Source of the DNA: Minisyncoccia bacterium
GTDB taxonomy: Bacteria; Patescibacteriota; Minisyncoccia; UBA6257; 2-01-FULL-56-20
Direction of reading: 5' to 3'
Assembly: GCA_050008535.1 (NCBI GenBank)
Contig: JBEKML010000001.1
Coordinates: forward strand, 327,050 to 391,049
Length of the DNA: 64,000 nucleotides
Under the pieces are notes generated by a model. The model saw only the letters and a list, made by a program, of their open reading frames with translations, ran no database searches and was not told the origin of the DNA. The position numbers were made by a program, and so were the translations under genes. Position 1 is the stretch's first letter. Each line of letters begins with the position of its first letter. This document shows, piece by piece, positions 55,198 to 64,000 of this stretch.

Positions 55198-55410
55198 ATG
55201 GAAAATAAAAAGGATAGGTTTAAGCGTTTGGCTACTGCAAGAACCAATGGGGTTTTGAGGTCGCTTAAAGTGCTTGGCAATTGTGCCAACAGGAGTGCCT
55301 ATGATTACAGCGAAGAGGAAGTTAATAAGATTTTTTCGGAAATTGAACGTCGTGTCCGGGAGATAAAGGCGAAATTTCATTTCGGCAAAAATAAGGAATT
55401 TAAACTGTAA
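55198..55410 (+). CDS. Small helical hypothetical protein, possible regulator
   Basis: 70 aa, RFKRLA..RTN..L..L..LGN.AN...Y.Y; first gene of the operon. Confidence 0.8.
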   Translation: MENKKDRFKRLATARTNGVLRSLKVLGNCANRSAYDYSEEEVNKIFSEIERRVREIKAKFHFGKNKEFKL

Positions 55411-55423
55411 ATCTACCGCATCA

Positions 55424-57421
55424 ATGAATCCAACTATTTATGCCGGTCGGCAGTTGCGAAATGACGAAAAGAACCTGAAGGCGATCGCCGATGGCTATGA
55501 GGTAAAACTTGGTCATAAATATTGGTTGGCGGAAGCGCTACAAAAAGATGCGATTCAAAATGGATGGGACGCTGGACATGGGAAGGAATGGAGTATGCGT
55601 TTTGAATTGAAAGGTGCCCAAGCTAGCTTTTTAATGATTCAAGATTCTTGTACTAGCGGGCTAAACGGAACTATATGGAAAGATCAGGAGGAATTGACAT
55701 CGATCTTGGAGAACGGAGATCGGACCGAAAACCTGGCGCATTTTTTGAGTTCCGATTTTAGCACAAAAACAGCGGAAAGCGGCGGAAAACGAGGAAGGGG
55801 TAAGTCCATATTCCTTTTTGCTTCGCAAAATTTGATATTTTATTTTGACTCACAGAGAGCGTCTTCTCGCGATTACGTCGCCGGAGCAATTTTCATAGAT
55901 TCTGACAAGGGAGCTAAGGTGGAAATGACAAGTGGCGATGCTGCTACGAAATACATGAAAGAGAAAACCGGAGAACACTATTCGCCCATTAAGACCAGCG
56001 GCACGCGTATTTTTATCAAGAACCCTCGGGAGGAGGTTGTCGTGGCGATCCGTGATGGCTCCATGATAAATTTCATCGAGAAAAACTGGTGGGAGATAAT
56101 AAAAAAATACGGCGCTCACATCACAGTATGCGATGGCACAGACACGAAGCAGGCGCAGGTCCCGATGTGGTATCGTGAAGACCTTTGTAAAGAAAAAGGG
56201 TTGGAACCGAAGGAATATCCGAACCTTAAGCTATCTTCCGGCGACAATAAATATCGGATTAAAAGAGTTTTTCTCATTTACAACCCAATGGGAGATACCC
56301 CGGAATCGCTCGTAGGCATCTCCATCCAACGAAAGGGGATGAGCATTGAGAGGAGGTCAACAGAAGCGCTGGTCAAGGAAGATGGCATGAGCAAGGTCTA
56401 TGGGTGGGTGGAGATGGAGCCGGAGTTGGAACATGCCATGTATGATCTCGAGGATGTTGAGCATCTTGGTTTTATTTGGACCAAAAAGCCAGCTAAAGAT
56501 TTGTTGGATTTGATAAAAATTCAGATACGAGATTTTGCGAAGGAAGTTAAATTGATCGAGAGCGAGCTGTCAAAGGAACATAAGGCCCATAAGCAAATCG
56601 AAGATGACATTGCAAAGAAGGTAAATAATTTTTTAAAAAACATCGGCTTCTCCGGGTTGGCTCTCACAAAGAGAAAAAGAACGGGAAAGAAAAGGATAGG
56701 AGAAATACCATTGAGGATATCGCTCGCAGATTTTAAATTGGCAGGAGGAAGCCGCCGCGTTAACTACGGAGAAACAATTAATGCGATTGCTGTAGTTGTA
56801 AATGAATTGGATATCTCCCTTCACGCCATCCATAGGACCTGGATTACGGATGAAGGAGGAAGAGTGGCAAAGATAAAAGAGGAGGAGATAGATTTGCATA
56901 AAGGTATTTCGCGGGCGCAGGGATGGGAACGAATGAAAGTTTCGAAGGAGGAGTTTCCTCCGGGTGATTACTCTTTCAAGTCAAAACTCACCCTCTTAGA
57001 AGATACCGACAAAGAACTACCTCGAATTGGAAGACTTGAGAAGGGAAAAGAAATTATTGTCTCAACTGCTTTTTCCGTAGAAAAAGATCCAAAAGCGCAA
57101 GGGTTTATTAAATTCGAACCGATCGTTGATAAGAACAAAGAGCGTTATATCACCACAAGACCGGAGGCCGGCGTTCTGGTCGTGGAATACAACACTCAGC
57201 ATCCGTATATCAGCAATCTTATGCCGACTGAACGCGCTGCTGATTTGGGAAGATTTCTTCTTGAGACAGGGATCATCATTGCGTTCAATGAAGTTATGGC
57301 GGAGGACATTTCTTCTGATAAGCCAAGGGTCTTTACGGACGTCAATGATGATTACGATATAACTAAGATTTTGCCCCGCGTCATGGAAGAGGTGAGTAAA
57401 TTTATGTGGCAATATCAATGA
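55424..57421 (+). CDS. GHKL (Hsp90/MORC/MutL-type) ATPase domain protein
   Basis: N-box DAIQNGWDA, G1 IQDSCTSGLNG, G2 SGGKRGRGKS, GTRIFI; then an S5-like region and uncharacterised C-terminal domains. Confidence 0.75.
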   Translation: MNPTIYAGRQLRNDEKNLKAIADGYEVKLGHKYWLAEALQKDAIQNGWDAGHGKEWSMRFELKGAQASFLMIQDSCTSGLNGTIWKDQEELTSILENGDRTENLAHFLSSDFSTKTAESGGKRGRGKSIFLFASQNLIFYFDSQRASSRDYVAGAIFIDSDKGAKVEMTSGDAATKYMKEKTGEHYSPIKTSGTRIFIKNPREEVVVAIRDGSMINFIEKNWWEIIKKYGAHITVCDGTDTKQAQVPMWYREDLCKEKGLEPKEYPNLKLSSGDNKYRIKRVFLIYNPMGDTPESLVGISIQRKGMSIERRSTEALVKEDGMSKVYGWVEMEPELEHAMYDLEDVEHLGFIWTKKPAKDLLDLIKIQIRDFAKEVKLIESELSKEHKAHKQIEDDIAKKVNNFLKNIGFSGLALTKRKRTGKKRIGEIPLRISLADFKLAGGSRRVNYGETINAIAVVVNELDISLHAIHRTWITDEGGRVAKIKEEEIDLHKGISRAQGWERMKVSKEEFPPGDYSFKSKLTLLEDTDKELPRIGRLEKGKEIIVSTAFSVEKDPKAQGFIKFEPIVDKNKERYITTRPEAGVLVVEYNTQHPYISNLMPTERAADLGRFLLETGIIIAFNEVMAEDISSDKPRVFTDVNDDYDITKILPRVMEEVSKFMWQYQ

Positions 57422-58011
57422 ACATGGCTATCAAATTACGCAGAGGAGAAAATTTTTTCTATGCCCCGGTGACTGGTTTGCTTGATAAAAAAGAGCAGAA
57501 GCGCGCGGACGAAATATACACAAGCGCTAAGAATGCCGTAGAAAAATTAAACAAAACGAGGCGGAGCGGAACGATAGATATTCTTGCCGGGTGGCACCTG
57601 AGAGGTGTTTTAATAAATCAGATTATCCAAAAATTTGGGATAACCGAAACTGAAAAAAAGTATTTTTGGATGATGCTTTATGATGTCTCGGGAATGACGG
57701 TGCCGGACCATATTCGGAAAAACGATTTTCATGTGGCCAGCATTTTAGCAAACTATCCATTAAAGAGATTACAGGAAATCGGGGCTTGGAGTATGTGGCG
57801 AGAGATTATTGGGTCTACTAAGATTGGAAACGATGATAGGGTGGCGCGATGGGTGGTGGACTACATTGTCGAAAAAAAGATAAAAACCAGAGATCAGGCC
57901 AGGCCTTTATTGATGGCGGTTCGAAACAGGCTGAAGAGGATTGATGCTTCTATCTTAAGTAGCGGAGAATTAGCGAATAAATTGCAAGAGGTCGTAATAA
58001 AAAACAATTGA
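57418..58011 (+). CDS. Hypothetical helical protein with weak resemblance to the DUF1016/YhcG N-terminal domain
   Basis: ATGA overlap with the GHKL gene; WHLRG...YP...WSMWREI pattern. Confidence 0.7.
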   Translation: MNMAIKLRRGENFFYAPVTGLLDKKEQKRADEIYTSAKNAVEKLNKTRRSGTIDILAGWHLRGVLINQIIQKFGITETEKKYFWMMLYDVSGMTVPDHIRKNDFHVASILANYPLKRLQEIGAWSMWREIIGSTKIGNDDRVARWVVDYIVEKKIKTRDQARPLLMAVRNRLKRIDASILSSGELANKLQEVVIKNN

Positions 58012-58019
58012 AATTATCC

Positions 58020-59132
58020 ATGGAAAGTTCAGCTAAAGAATGTCCCGTCTGCGGCAAGCCGCTGACCCAGGAAGAGTACGACAAGGCTCTTGGTATCTGG
58101 AAGGCCAAGCACGAAGAAATAAAGCATTTGGAAAAGGAGAGGGCCGATCTCAAGCAGCAGGCTGCTTCGCTGAAAAAAGAAAAGGCTGAAGCGCGACGTG
58201 CGGCCAAGCTTCTTATAGCAGAGCAGAAACGGAAATCTGTCGCCGAGCTACGCCAATCACGACTTTTAATGAAAGAGGTATTTAAGAAGCAGCTAGAAAA
58301 CAAAGTCGGCAAAGCGGTTGCCAGCACCAAGAACAAGATGGGACAGCTGAATCGGAGTTGGAAAATCGCCCTGGAGAAAAACGAGAAGCTCCAGCAGGAA
58401 ATCAAACGGCTAAAAGAACAGCGCGAAAAAGGGATTACTCCGCAGATCGAGGGATTACTTGAAGAAGACAAGCTCTTGGCAAAACTGAAGGAATTATATT
58501 GTCCGCCTGATCAGTTTGAGCATCCAGGCAAAGGTGGCGATATTATCCAGACCGTTATGGAGCAAGGCAAACCCGTAGGGAAAATCGTTTATGAGTGTAA
58601 AAAAGTAAGATCATTTAGTCAAAGCCACGTGAAACAGGCATCCGATGCACGCGAATCAAGGAAAGCAGATTTTGCAGTGCTCGTGACCAATGCATTTCCC
58701 GCCAAGAGACAATCCTATTTTGTTTCCAATACGGTATATGTTATTAGTCCCGTAAGCGTTGAAGCCGTAACTTATACGCTACGCGAATTTCTTGTCAGAA
58801 TAGCCTTGCTCCGATTGTCGAATGCGGCAAAAGAGAAAGCCGTCAATGAGATTTACAAATACATGTCCGGAAACGAATATAGCGATAAGGTTAACGGAAT
58901 GGCGTCCCAGCTCTTAACGCTCAGGGGTGATTTGAAATCAGAAATTAACTCGCATTGGCAGATATGGAAAAAGCGCTACGCATCCTATCAAACTCTCTTT
59001 GTGGATCTTGGCACTATAGATTCCCGGCTGAAGAGTTTGCTGGCGCTTGGAGACGGTGACCGAGAAACGCCGAAGCTAGCCGCAGGACAACAAAAAACTT
59101 ATCCTCCACTTGAGGAACTCGAAAGGAAATAA
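58020..59132 (+). CDS. DUF2130-like protein: Zn knuckle, coiled coil and PD-(D/E)XK-type domain
   Basis: CPVCGKPL, long coiled coil, QIEGLLEE, GKGGDIIQ, GKIVYECK, ADFAVLVT. Confidence 0.82.
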   Translation: MESSAKECPVCGKPLTQEEYDKALGIWKAKHEEIKHLEKERADLKQQAASLKKEKAEARRAAKLLIAEQKRKSVAELRQSRLLMKEVFKKQLENKVGKAVASTKNKMGQLNRSWKIALEKNEKLQQEIKRLKEQREKGITPQIEGLLEEDKLLAKLKELYCPPDQFEHPGKGGDIIQTVMEQGKPVGKIVYECKKVRSFSQSHVKQASDARESRKADFAVLVTNAFPAKRQSYFVSNTVYVISPVSVEAVTYTLREFLVRIALLRLSNAAKEKAVNEIYKYMSGNEYSDKVNGMASQLLTLRGDLKSEINSHWQIWKKRYASYQTLFVDLGTIDSRLKSLLALGDGDRETPKLAAGQQKTYPPLEELERK

Positions 59133-59189
59133 CTTCCTTCGGTCCACATAAAACAACCTATCCCGACTGTTTTTACCAGACATCCATTC

Positions 59190-60806
59190 ATGAGAATAAC
59201 GGAATTCAAAATTAAGAATTTTAAATGTATTGGCCCTGAACCAATCACTCTAGACTTCACGGAAGATATTCTTGTTCTTATTGGGCAAAATAATGTTGGA
59301 AAGTCATCAGTGCTAAGGGCCCTTGATTTCTACTTTTCAGGGACTAAGACATTGCCAGAAAAATACTTTTATAACCACCAGCATGACCAAGATCATGCCG
59401 TAGTCATTGAACTAAAATTTAGCGACCTTTCTAGTCAGGATAGGGTTCACCAAGCCGTATCGCCGTATATCTCTACCGATAATTCTTGGATTCTCAGAAA
59501 ATCTTACTATTACGATAGCGATGGTGGAGGTAAATGTGATTACGCCGCTATTGTTGATGGCGCAGAGAAGAAAAATCCAGCGGGCCTGACACAAAACTGC
59601 GACAATCTCTTTGTCGGCGACAAAATGCAAAAGATCTTTGTAGAGGCGGTAAAAGATGTGTCTGATGTGGTGGAGGGGAAAAGCAAATCAACATTTGGAC
59701 AGATATTTAGCATAATCCTTAAGAATGCAGTAGAGGCAACAAGTGAATATACATCACTACTTGATGCGCTCCGCGCATATCAAAATCTTTTCCGGGGCGC
59801 AGGCCAATTATCGCAGATTACGCAAGTGGAAAATACCATCAACGAAAGACTGGCAAGAATAATTAGCGCAAGCAGCAAAATAGATACGGAATCGCCGCAA
59901 GTAGAGAAATTTATGCCAGCACCAAAACTCCTAACAGACGACGGGAGAGGAATCGACATTGATCCTACCGAACAAGGCCATGGCTTACAGCGAGCTTTAA
60001 TATTTGTTTTATTAGAATTACTAGCGGAGACAACTAGTCCCATGACTAAAGAAGTAGGCCCTAGAAACTTATTAATGATTGAAGAACCTGAAATTTATAT
60101 GCATCCGCAAATGCTAAGGAAGATAGCTGATACTCTCTATGAAATTGCTTCACAAGGTAAGGCACAAGTGATCTGCACTACACACTCACCCATTTTCATC
60201 AGAATCGCAGAAAAACAGAAGGCGTTAGCCCGCTTTGTCAGAAAAGAAGATAATTCGCTTACCGTTTTTCAGCAAAAGACGGATATTTTCTCTGGAGCCG
60301 GAGCAACAGAATTAAAGAAACAACTACAAATGATTACCAACTTTGATCCCGCAGTGAACGAGTTATTCTTTGCGAGAAGGGTGGTGCTTTTAGAAGGAGA
60401 TACTGAACTTGCCGTATTTCGTGAGGCTCCAAACTTATTGTTCGCGGGGAACAAAAATAACCTCCGTGATTGTCGGGATACCACTGTTATCAACTGTAGG
60501 GGCAGAAACACCATCCCATTGTTTCAAGAGATTCTAAACCACTTTCAAATTCCTTACGTTGTCATTCACGATACCGAAGGAGAAGATAAGACCAGCGGTA
60601 TAAACGGTAAAATTCTTGGATTACTTGGCGGTGATGAATCAAAACGTAAAATGTTCAGTCCTAATATAGAAGATGGTTTAGGTATTACGGACAGAGGAGG
60701 CAATAAGTCAATCAAAGCCCTGGATCGTATCCAAGAATTGAATGGCCTCGGTCAATTAGAGGGGAAAATAGGAAGTTACATAAGATTCGCTTACAACATT
60801 CCATAG
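59190..60806 (+). CDS. OLD-family ATP-dependent nuclease (ABC ATPase plus TOPRIM)
   Basis: IKNFKCI, GQNNVGKS, GHGLQR, IEEPEIYMHP, CTTHSP, VLLEGDTE, IHDTE. Confidence 0.9.
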   Translation: MRITEFKIKNFKCIGPEPITLDFTEDILVLIGQNNVGKSSVLRALDFYFSGTKTLPEKYFYNHQHDQDHAVVIELKFSDLSSQDRVHQAVSPYISTDNSWILRKSYYYDSDGGGKCDYAAIVDGAEKKNPAGLTQNCDNLFVGDKMQKIFVEAVKDVSDVVEGKSKSTFGQIFSIILKNAVEATSEYTSLLDALRAYQNLFRGAGQLSQITQVENTINERLARIISASSKIDTESPQVEKFMPAPKLLTDDGRGIDIDPTEQGHGLQRALIFVLLELLAETTSPMTKEVGPRNLLMIEEPEIYMHPQMLRKIADTLYEIASQGKAQVICTTHSPIFIRIAEKQKALARFVRKEDNSLTVFQQKTDIFSGAGATELKKQLQMITNFDPAVNELFFARRVVLLEGDTELAVFREAPNLLFAGNKNNLRDCRDTTVINCRGRNTIPLFQEILNHFQIPYVVIHDTEGEDKTSGINGKILGLLGGDESKRKMFSPNIEDGLGITDRGGNKSIKALDRIQELNGLGQLEGKIGSYIRFAYNIP

Positions 60807-60826
60807 AATTTATCCTGGGCGCTGGA

Positions 60827-62917
60827 TTACCCGACCACCACCCGTGCATCCACGACCACCGCGCCGCGGTCGGTCGCCATCGCGGGGTTTAGGTCAATCG
60901 CTTGTATTTCGGGGTTCAGAAGCGCGAGGTGCGAGAGGGCGACGATGAGCTTTGTGAGTGCCCGCGCGTCAACGGGTTTTTCGCCGCGTGCGCCGCGGAG
61001 GAGCGATGCGCCTTTTATTTCGTCCATCATTTTGCGGGCATCGGCGTCGGCGACGGGCGCCACACGGAGCGCCACGTCGTGCATGGCTTCTACGAAGATG
61101 CCGCCGAAACCGAAGCTTATGACCGGTCCGAAGACGGGGTCGCGCTTCATGCCGATGATGATCTCTTTGCCTTTTGCCATGGGCTGCACGAGCATTCCTT
61201 GTATCACGGCGCGGGGCGCCTTGCGGCGGACGGCCTTCGCGATCTCGTCCCATGCGTCGCGCGCCGCCTTAGCGTCCGCGAGGTTCAATCGTACGCCGCC
61301 CACGTCCGTCTTGTGGCTTATTTCCCGCGAGATGACCTTCATTGCGAAGGGACCGGCGCCGAGTTCTTCCAAGATCGCATCAAGATCAATTTTTGCGCGC
61401 ACGAATTCGCCGCTTATTTCAATGCCGTATTTTTCGAGGAGTATGCGGGCGGCGGCGAAGTCCATGAGCGTTGCGGCGGACTTCAAAGCGGAGAGTTTTG
61501 GGGCGGCAGAGGGGGCGGCGGCCGGTTTCGCTTCCGCCTTTTTCCCGAACACCGCGAACGCGAGCGCGTCCAGCGCTCCGATCGCGTCATCCGGAAAATC
61601 AAAATTGACGAGATTGGCCTCGCGGAGCGCCCGCACGCCGTCCGCAACGGCTTCGCGGCCCATAAAGACCGGTATGACAAGCTTCTTTTTCCCGTAGGCC
61701 GCGAGGAGCCGCGCCGTGCCTGCGGCATCCGTCATCATCTGCGGCGTGAGGATAACAATAATTCCCTGGGCGGCTTTTTCCGCGCATAAAACTTTGAGCG
61801 CGCTTTCGTAGCGCGGGGGCAAGGCGTCGCCCAAAATGTCCACGGGGTTTCCGAGGGCCGCTATCGGCGGGAGCGCCTTTGCGAGTGCGCGCGTTGCGGC
61901 TTCGCTCAATTTTGCAAGCGAGAGCGACGAGGACAATTCCACGAGGTCCGCTGCGACGACCGACGGCCCGCCGCCGTTCGTGAGGATCGCGATCTCGCGC
62001 GGAGGTTTTTGGGTGTCCAGGGCGCCCGATGTGAGGCCAAGCTGGAGAAGCTTCGCCGTGTTATAAAATTCGCGGAGGGAGCCCACGGTCACGACGCCGC
62101 ATTCGCGGCAGGCTGCTTCAAAGACCGCGCTTTCCGGCGCGAGCGAGCCCGTGTGCGAAAGTGCCGCCGCGCTCCCGCGCGCGCTCCGGCCGGCCTTCAA
62201 AACAACAACGGGTTTTTTCTGCGTGATTTTCTTCGCGAGCGCCATGAATTTTTTCCCGTCGCTTACTTTTTCCAGATATAGCATGATCGCTTCCGTTTCT
62301 TTGTCTTTTGCGAGATATTCCAGAAATTCAATTTCCGTGAGCACGGCTTCGTTGCCCAAACTGATGAACTTTGAAAACCTCACGCCTTCCTTGTGCGCCC
62401 AGTCAAGCATCGCGGCGCCCAGGGCGCCCGATTGCGAAAGGAAAGCGATCGCGCCCGGCGCGGGCGTCTCCGCGGCCGCGAAAGAAGCGTTCAGCCCCGC
62501 GTGCGTGTCGATCGTGCCCAAGCAGTTCGGGCCGAGAAGCGCAACGTGGTAGCTCGCGGCCGTCATCCTGATCTTTTTCTCTAGTTCCTTGCCGGCGTCG
62601 CCCGCTTCCTTGAAGCCGGATGAGATGATGATGGCCGCGCCGACTTCTTTTTTGCCGCATTCCTCAAGCACCGCGGGCACGGCGAAAGCGGGGATGGCGA
62701 TCACGGCAAGGTCAACCTTGTCTTTTATTTCCGCTATTGACCTGTAGGCAGGCAGGCCGAGGATGACCCGCTCGGTGAGCGAAACGGGAAGTATTTTCCG
62801 CTTGTGCGCCCCGCCGTTTTTCAGATTGAAGACCAGCGAATAGCCGACTTTGTTTTTGTCGTTTGAGGCGCCGATGACCGCGACCGACTGCGGATCAAAG
62901 AATTTTTTGAGATCCAT
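60827..62917 (-). CDS. Acetate--CoA ligase (ADP-forming), alpha/beta fusion
   Basis: FFDPQSVAVIGAS, LGPNCLG, SQSGA, SHTGSLA, NPVD, HKTDVGGV, DLNP. Confidence 0.93.
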   Translation of the reverse strand: MDLKKFFDPQSVAVIGASNDKNKVGYSLVFNLKNGGAHKRKILPVSLTERVILGLPAYRSIAEIKDKVDLAVIAIPAFAVPAVLEECGKKEVGAAIIISSGFKEAGDAGKELEKKIRMTAASYHVALLGPNCLGTIDTHAGLNASFAAAETPAPGAIAFLSQSGALGAAMLDWAHKEGVRFSKFISLGNEAVLTEIEFLEYLAKDKETEAIMLYLEKVSDGKKFMALAKKITQKKPVVVLKAGRSARGSAAALSHTGSLAPESAVFEAACRECGVVTVGSLREFYNTAKLLQLGLTSGALDTQKPPREIAILTNGGGPSVVAADLVELSSSLSLAKLSEAATRALAKALPPIAALGNPVDILGDALPPRYESALKVLCAEKAAQGIIVILTPQMMTDAAGTARLLAAYGKKKLVIPVFMGREAVADGVRALREANLVNFDFPDDAIGALDALAFAVFGKKAEAKPAAAPSAAPKLSALKSAATLMDFAAARILLEKYGIEISGEFVRAKIDLDAILEELGAGPFAMKVISREISHKTDVGGVRLNLADAKAARDAWDEIAKAVRRKAPRAVIQGMLVQPMAKGKEIIIGMKRDPVFGPVISFGFGGIFVEAMHDVALRVAPVADADARKMMDEIKGASLLRGARGEKPVDARALTKLIVALSHLALLNPEIQAIDLNPAMATDRGAVVVDARVVVG

Positions 62918-63711
62918 TATTTATAGAGCTGTTCTTCAAACGACGGCTGTTCCACGCGGTAAAAAATGCCGAGCGGCACTTTTGCGTCCGCGCCGCCGGG
63001 CGCGCCGCTTGCGCGCACCGCCTCCATTGCGTGCGCGAGGTCGTTTTTCGGTTCGTTTTCGTCTATCCAATACACGCGGTCTTTGAAATATTCGCGCGTG
63101 TCGTAGAACGTGATGCACGGCTGGATGATGTCCACGAAGGAAAATCCTTTGTGCGCGATCGCGGCTTTCATGATGTCTTTTGTTTTCGCGATGTCCAGGG
63201 CGTATGTGCGCGCGACGAACGTGGCGCCGGACGAAAGCATGAAGAGCAGGGGATTGAACGGCGATTCAATGCTGCCGTAGGGCGTTGATTTCCCTTTGAA
63301 GCCCACGGGCGTCGTGGGCGTCGCCTGGCCGGTCGTGAGCGCAAAGACCTGGTTGTCGTGGACGAAAAGATTGATGTCCGAGTTCCTGCGTGCCGCGTGC
63401 ACCAGGTGACCTACGCCTTCCGAGTATGAATCACCGTCGCCGCTGAACCCCACGACCATGAGCAAAGGGTTCGCCATTTTTATGCCCTCCATGTTTGCGA
63501 TCACGCGGCCATGAAGCGAGGTGAACGTGTTCGTGTTCAGGTAATCGGTGATCTTGCCGTGGCAGCCGATCCCCGCTGCCGCGACCAGATTTTCCGGTTT
63601 CAATTTGCCGTCATTTACAAGATCGGTTACTGCTTCGCGGAATGCCACAAGGATCCCTCCGTTCGGGCATCCCGGGCACCACGTGATCTTTGCTTTGGTT
63701 GCGAGGTCCAT
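62917..63711 (-). CDS. 2-oxoacid:ferredoxin oxidoreductase beta subunit
   Basis: TWCPGC, GIGC, LHGR, GDGD, DNQVFALTTGQ, QPCITF. Confidence 0.94.
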   Translation of the reverse strand: MDLATKAKITWCPGCPNGGILVAFREAVTDLVNDGKLKPENLVAAAGIGCHGKITDYLNTNTFTSLHGRVIANMEGIKMANPLLMVVGFSGDGDSYSEGVGHLVHAARRNSDINLFVHDNQVFALTTGQATPTTPVGFKGKSTPYGSIESPFNPLLFMLSSGATFVARTYALDIAKTKDIMKAAIAHKGFSFVDIIQPCITFYDTREYFKDRVYWIDENEPKNDLAHAMEAVRASGAPGGADAKVPLGIFYRVEQPSFEEQLYK

Positions 63712-63713
63712 GG

Positions 63714-64000
63714 TTATTTCAAATAATTGTTTATTTTTTCCGCCAGCTCGAGCGGGTCGAATGGCCGCGCGTTGTACTGGAGAATCTTTTTGTCTATCCG
63801 CACCCCCGTCTTTTCGCGGATGAGCGCGGCGAGCTGCGCCGTGCGGTTCGTTTCCACGTCAATGATCGTTTTCGCGCCGCCCAATTCCGCCGCAACCCTT
63901 TCAGCGTCAAAGGGTTCCATCCAGACGATCTGCAAAAGTTTTACGGGTTTTGCGAGGTACTTCGCCGCCTCAAGCACGGCGCCCTTCGTGGATCCCCAGA
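63714..64000 (-). CDS. 2-oxoacid:ferredoxin oxidoreductase alpha subunit, C-terminal part truncated by the window edge
   Basis: GSTKGAVLEA...VETNRTAQLAALIRE...YNARPF, upstream of the beta subunit. Confidence 0.88.
   Translation of the reverse strand, partial: WGSTKGAVLEAAKYLAKPVKLLQIVWMEPFDAERVAAELGGAKTIIDVETNRTAQLAALIREKTGVRIDKKILQYNARPFDPLELAEKINNYLK

Noticed and set aside
55092-55289. Minus-strand ORF ending KKEEESIH, similar to the start of the HTH protein (KKEESIY)
   Set aside because: Low-complexity purine run, and the ORF overlaps a better-supported + strand gene and promoter.
59190-60806. Gabija or retron call for the OLD nuclease
   Set aside because: No UvrD-like GajB and no reverse transcriptase are nearby.
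1-64000. Alternative genetic code (UGA=Gly) as in Gracilibacteria/Absconditabacteria
   Set aside because: Conserved genes are full-length under code 11 and several end at TGA.

Overview
This 64-kb window looks like chromosome from a Patescibacteria (CPR, probably Parcubacteria-type) bacterium using genetic code 11. That placement is an inference from the short IF-2, the CPR-style type IV pilus locus, the Cys-rich CPR family protein, the Fe-S-less MutY and near-leaderless core genes. The backbone is housekeeping (infB, rbfA, parA/B, rel, topA, dprA, rluA family, pth, lepB, hisS, rpsU, ybeY, ftsA/Z, rmuC, mutY), plus a T4P locus, a GH18/GH130 glycan cluster, an IscS/IscU/ferredoxin operon, an OFOR/acetate-CoA ligase operon and seven tRNA genes. 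Accessory DNA: (1) a large serine recombinase element ending at tRNA-Ser(GCT) with two AT-rich nuclease-like cargo genes; (2) an AT-rich five-gene candidate defence operon at 55.2-60.8 kb (70-aa protein, GHKL ATPase, helical protein, DUF2130-like nuclease, OLD/TOPRIM nuclease) matching no system I can name; (3) several orphan genes. Other unusual signals are a minor pilin and in-frame 1250-aa adhesin that appear to carry each other's missing beta-strands, a tRNA with alanine identity elements (G3:U70, A73) but a UGG (Pro) anticodon, and highly structured elements at tRNA 3' ends. No CRISPR array, rRNA or reverse transcriptase was seen. All family calls are from motif recognition by eye; no searches were run.
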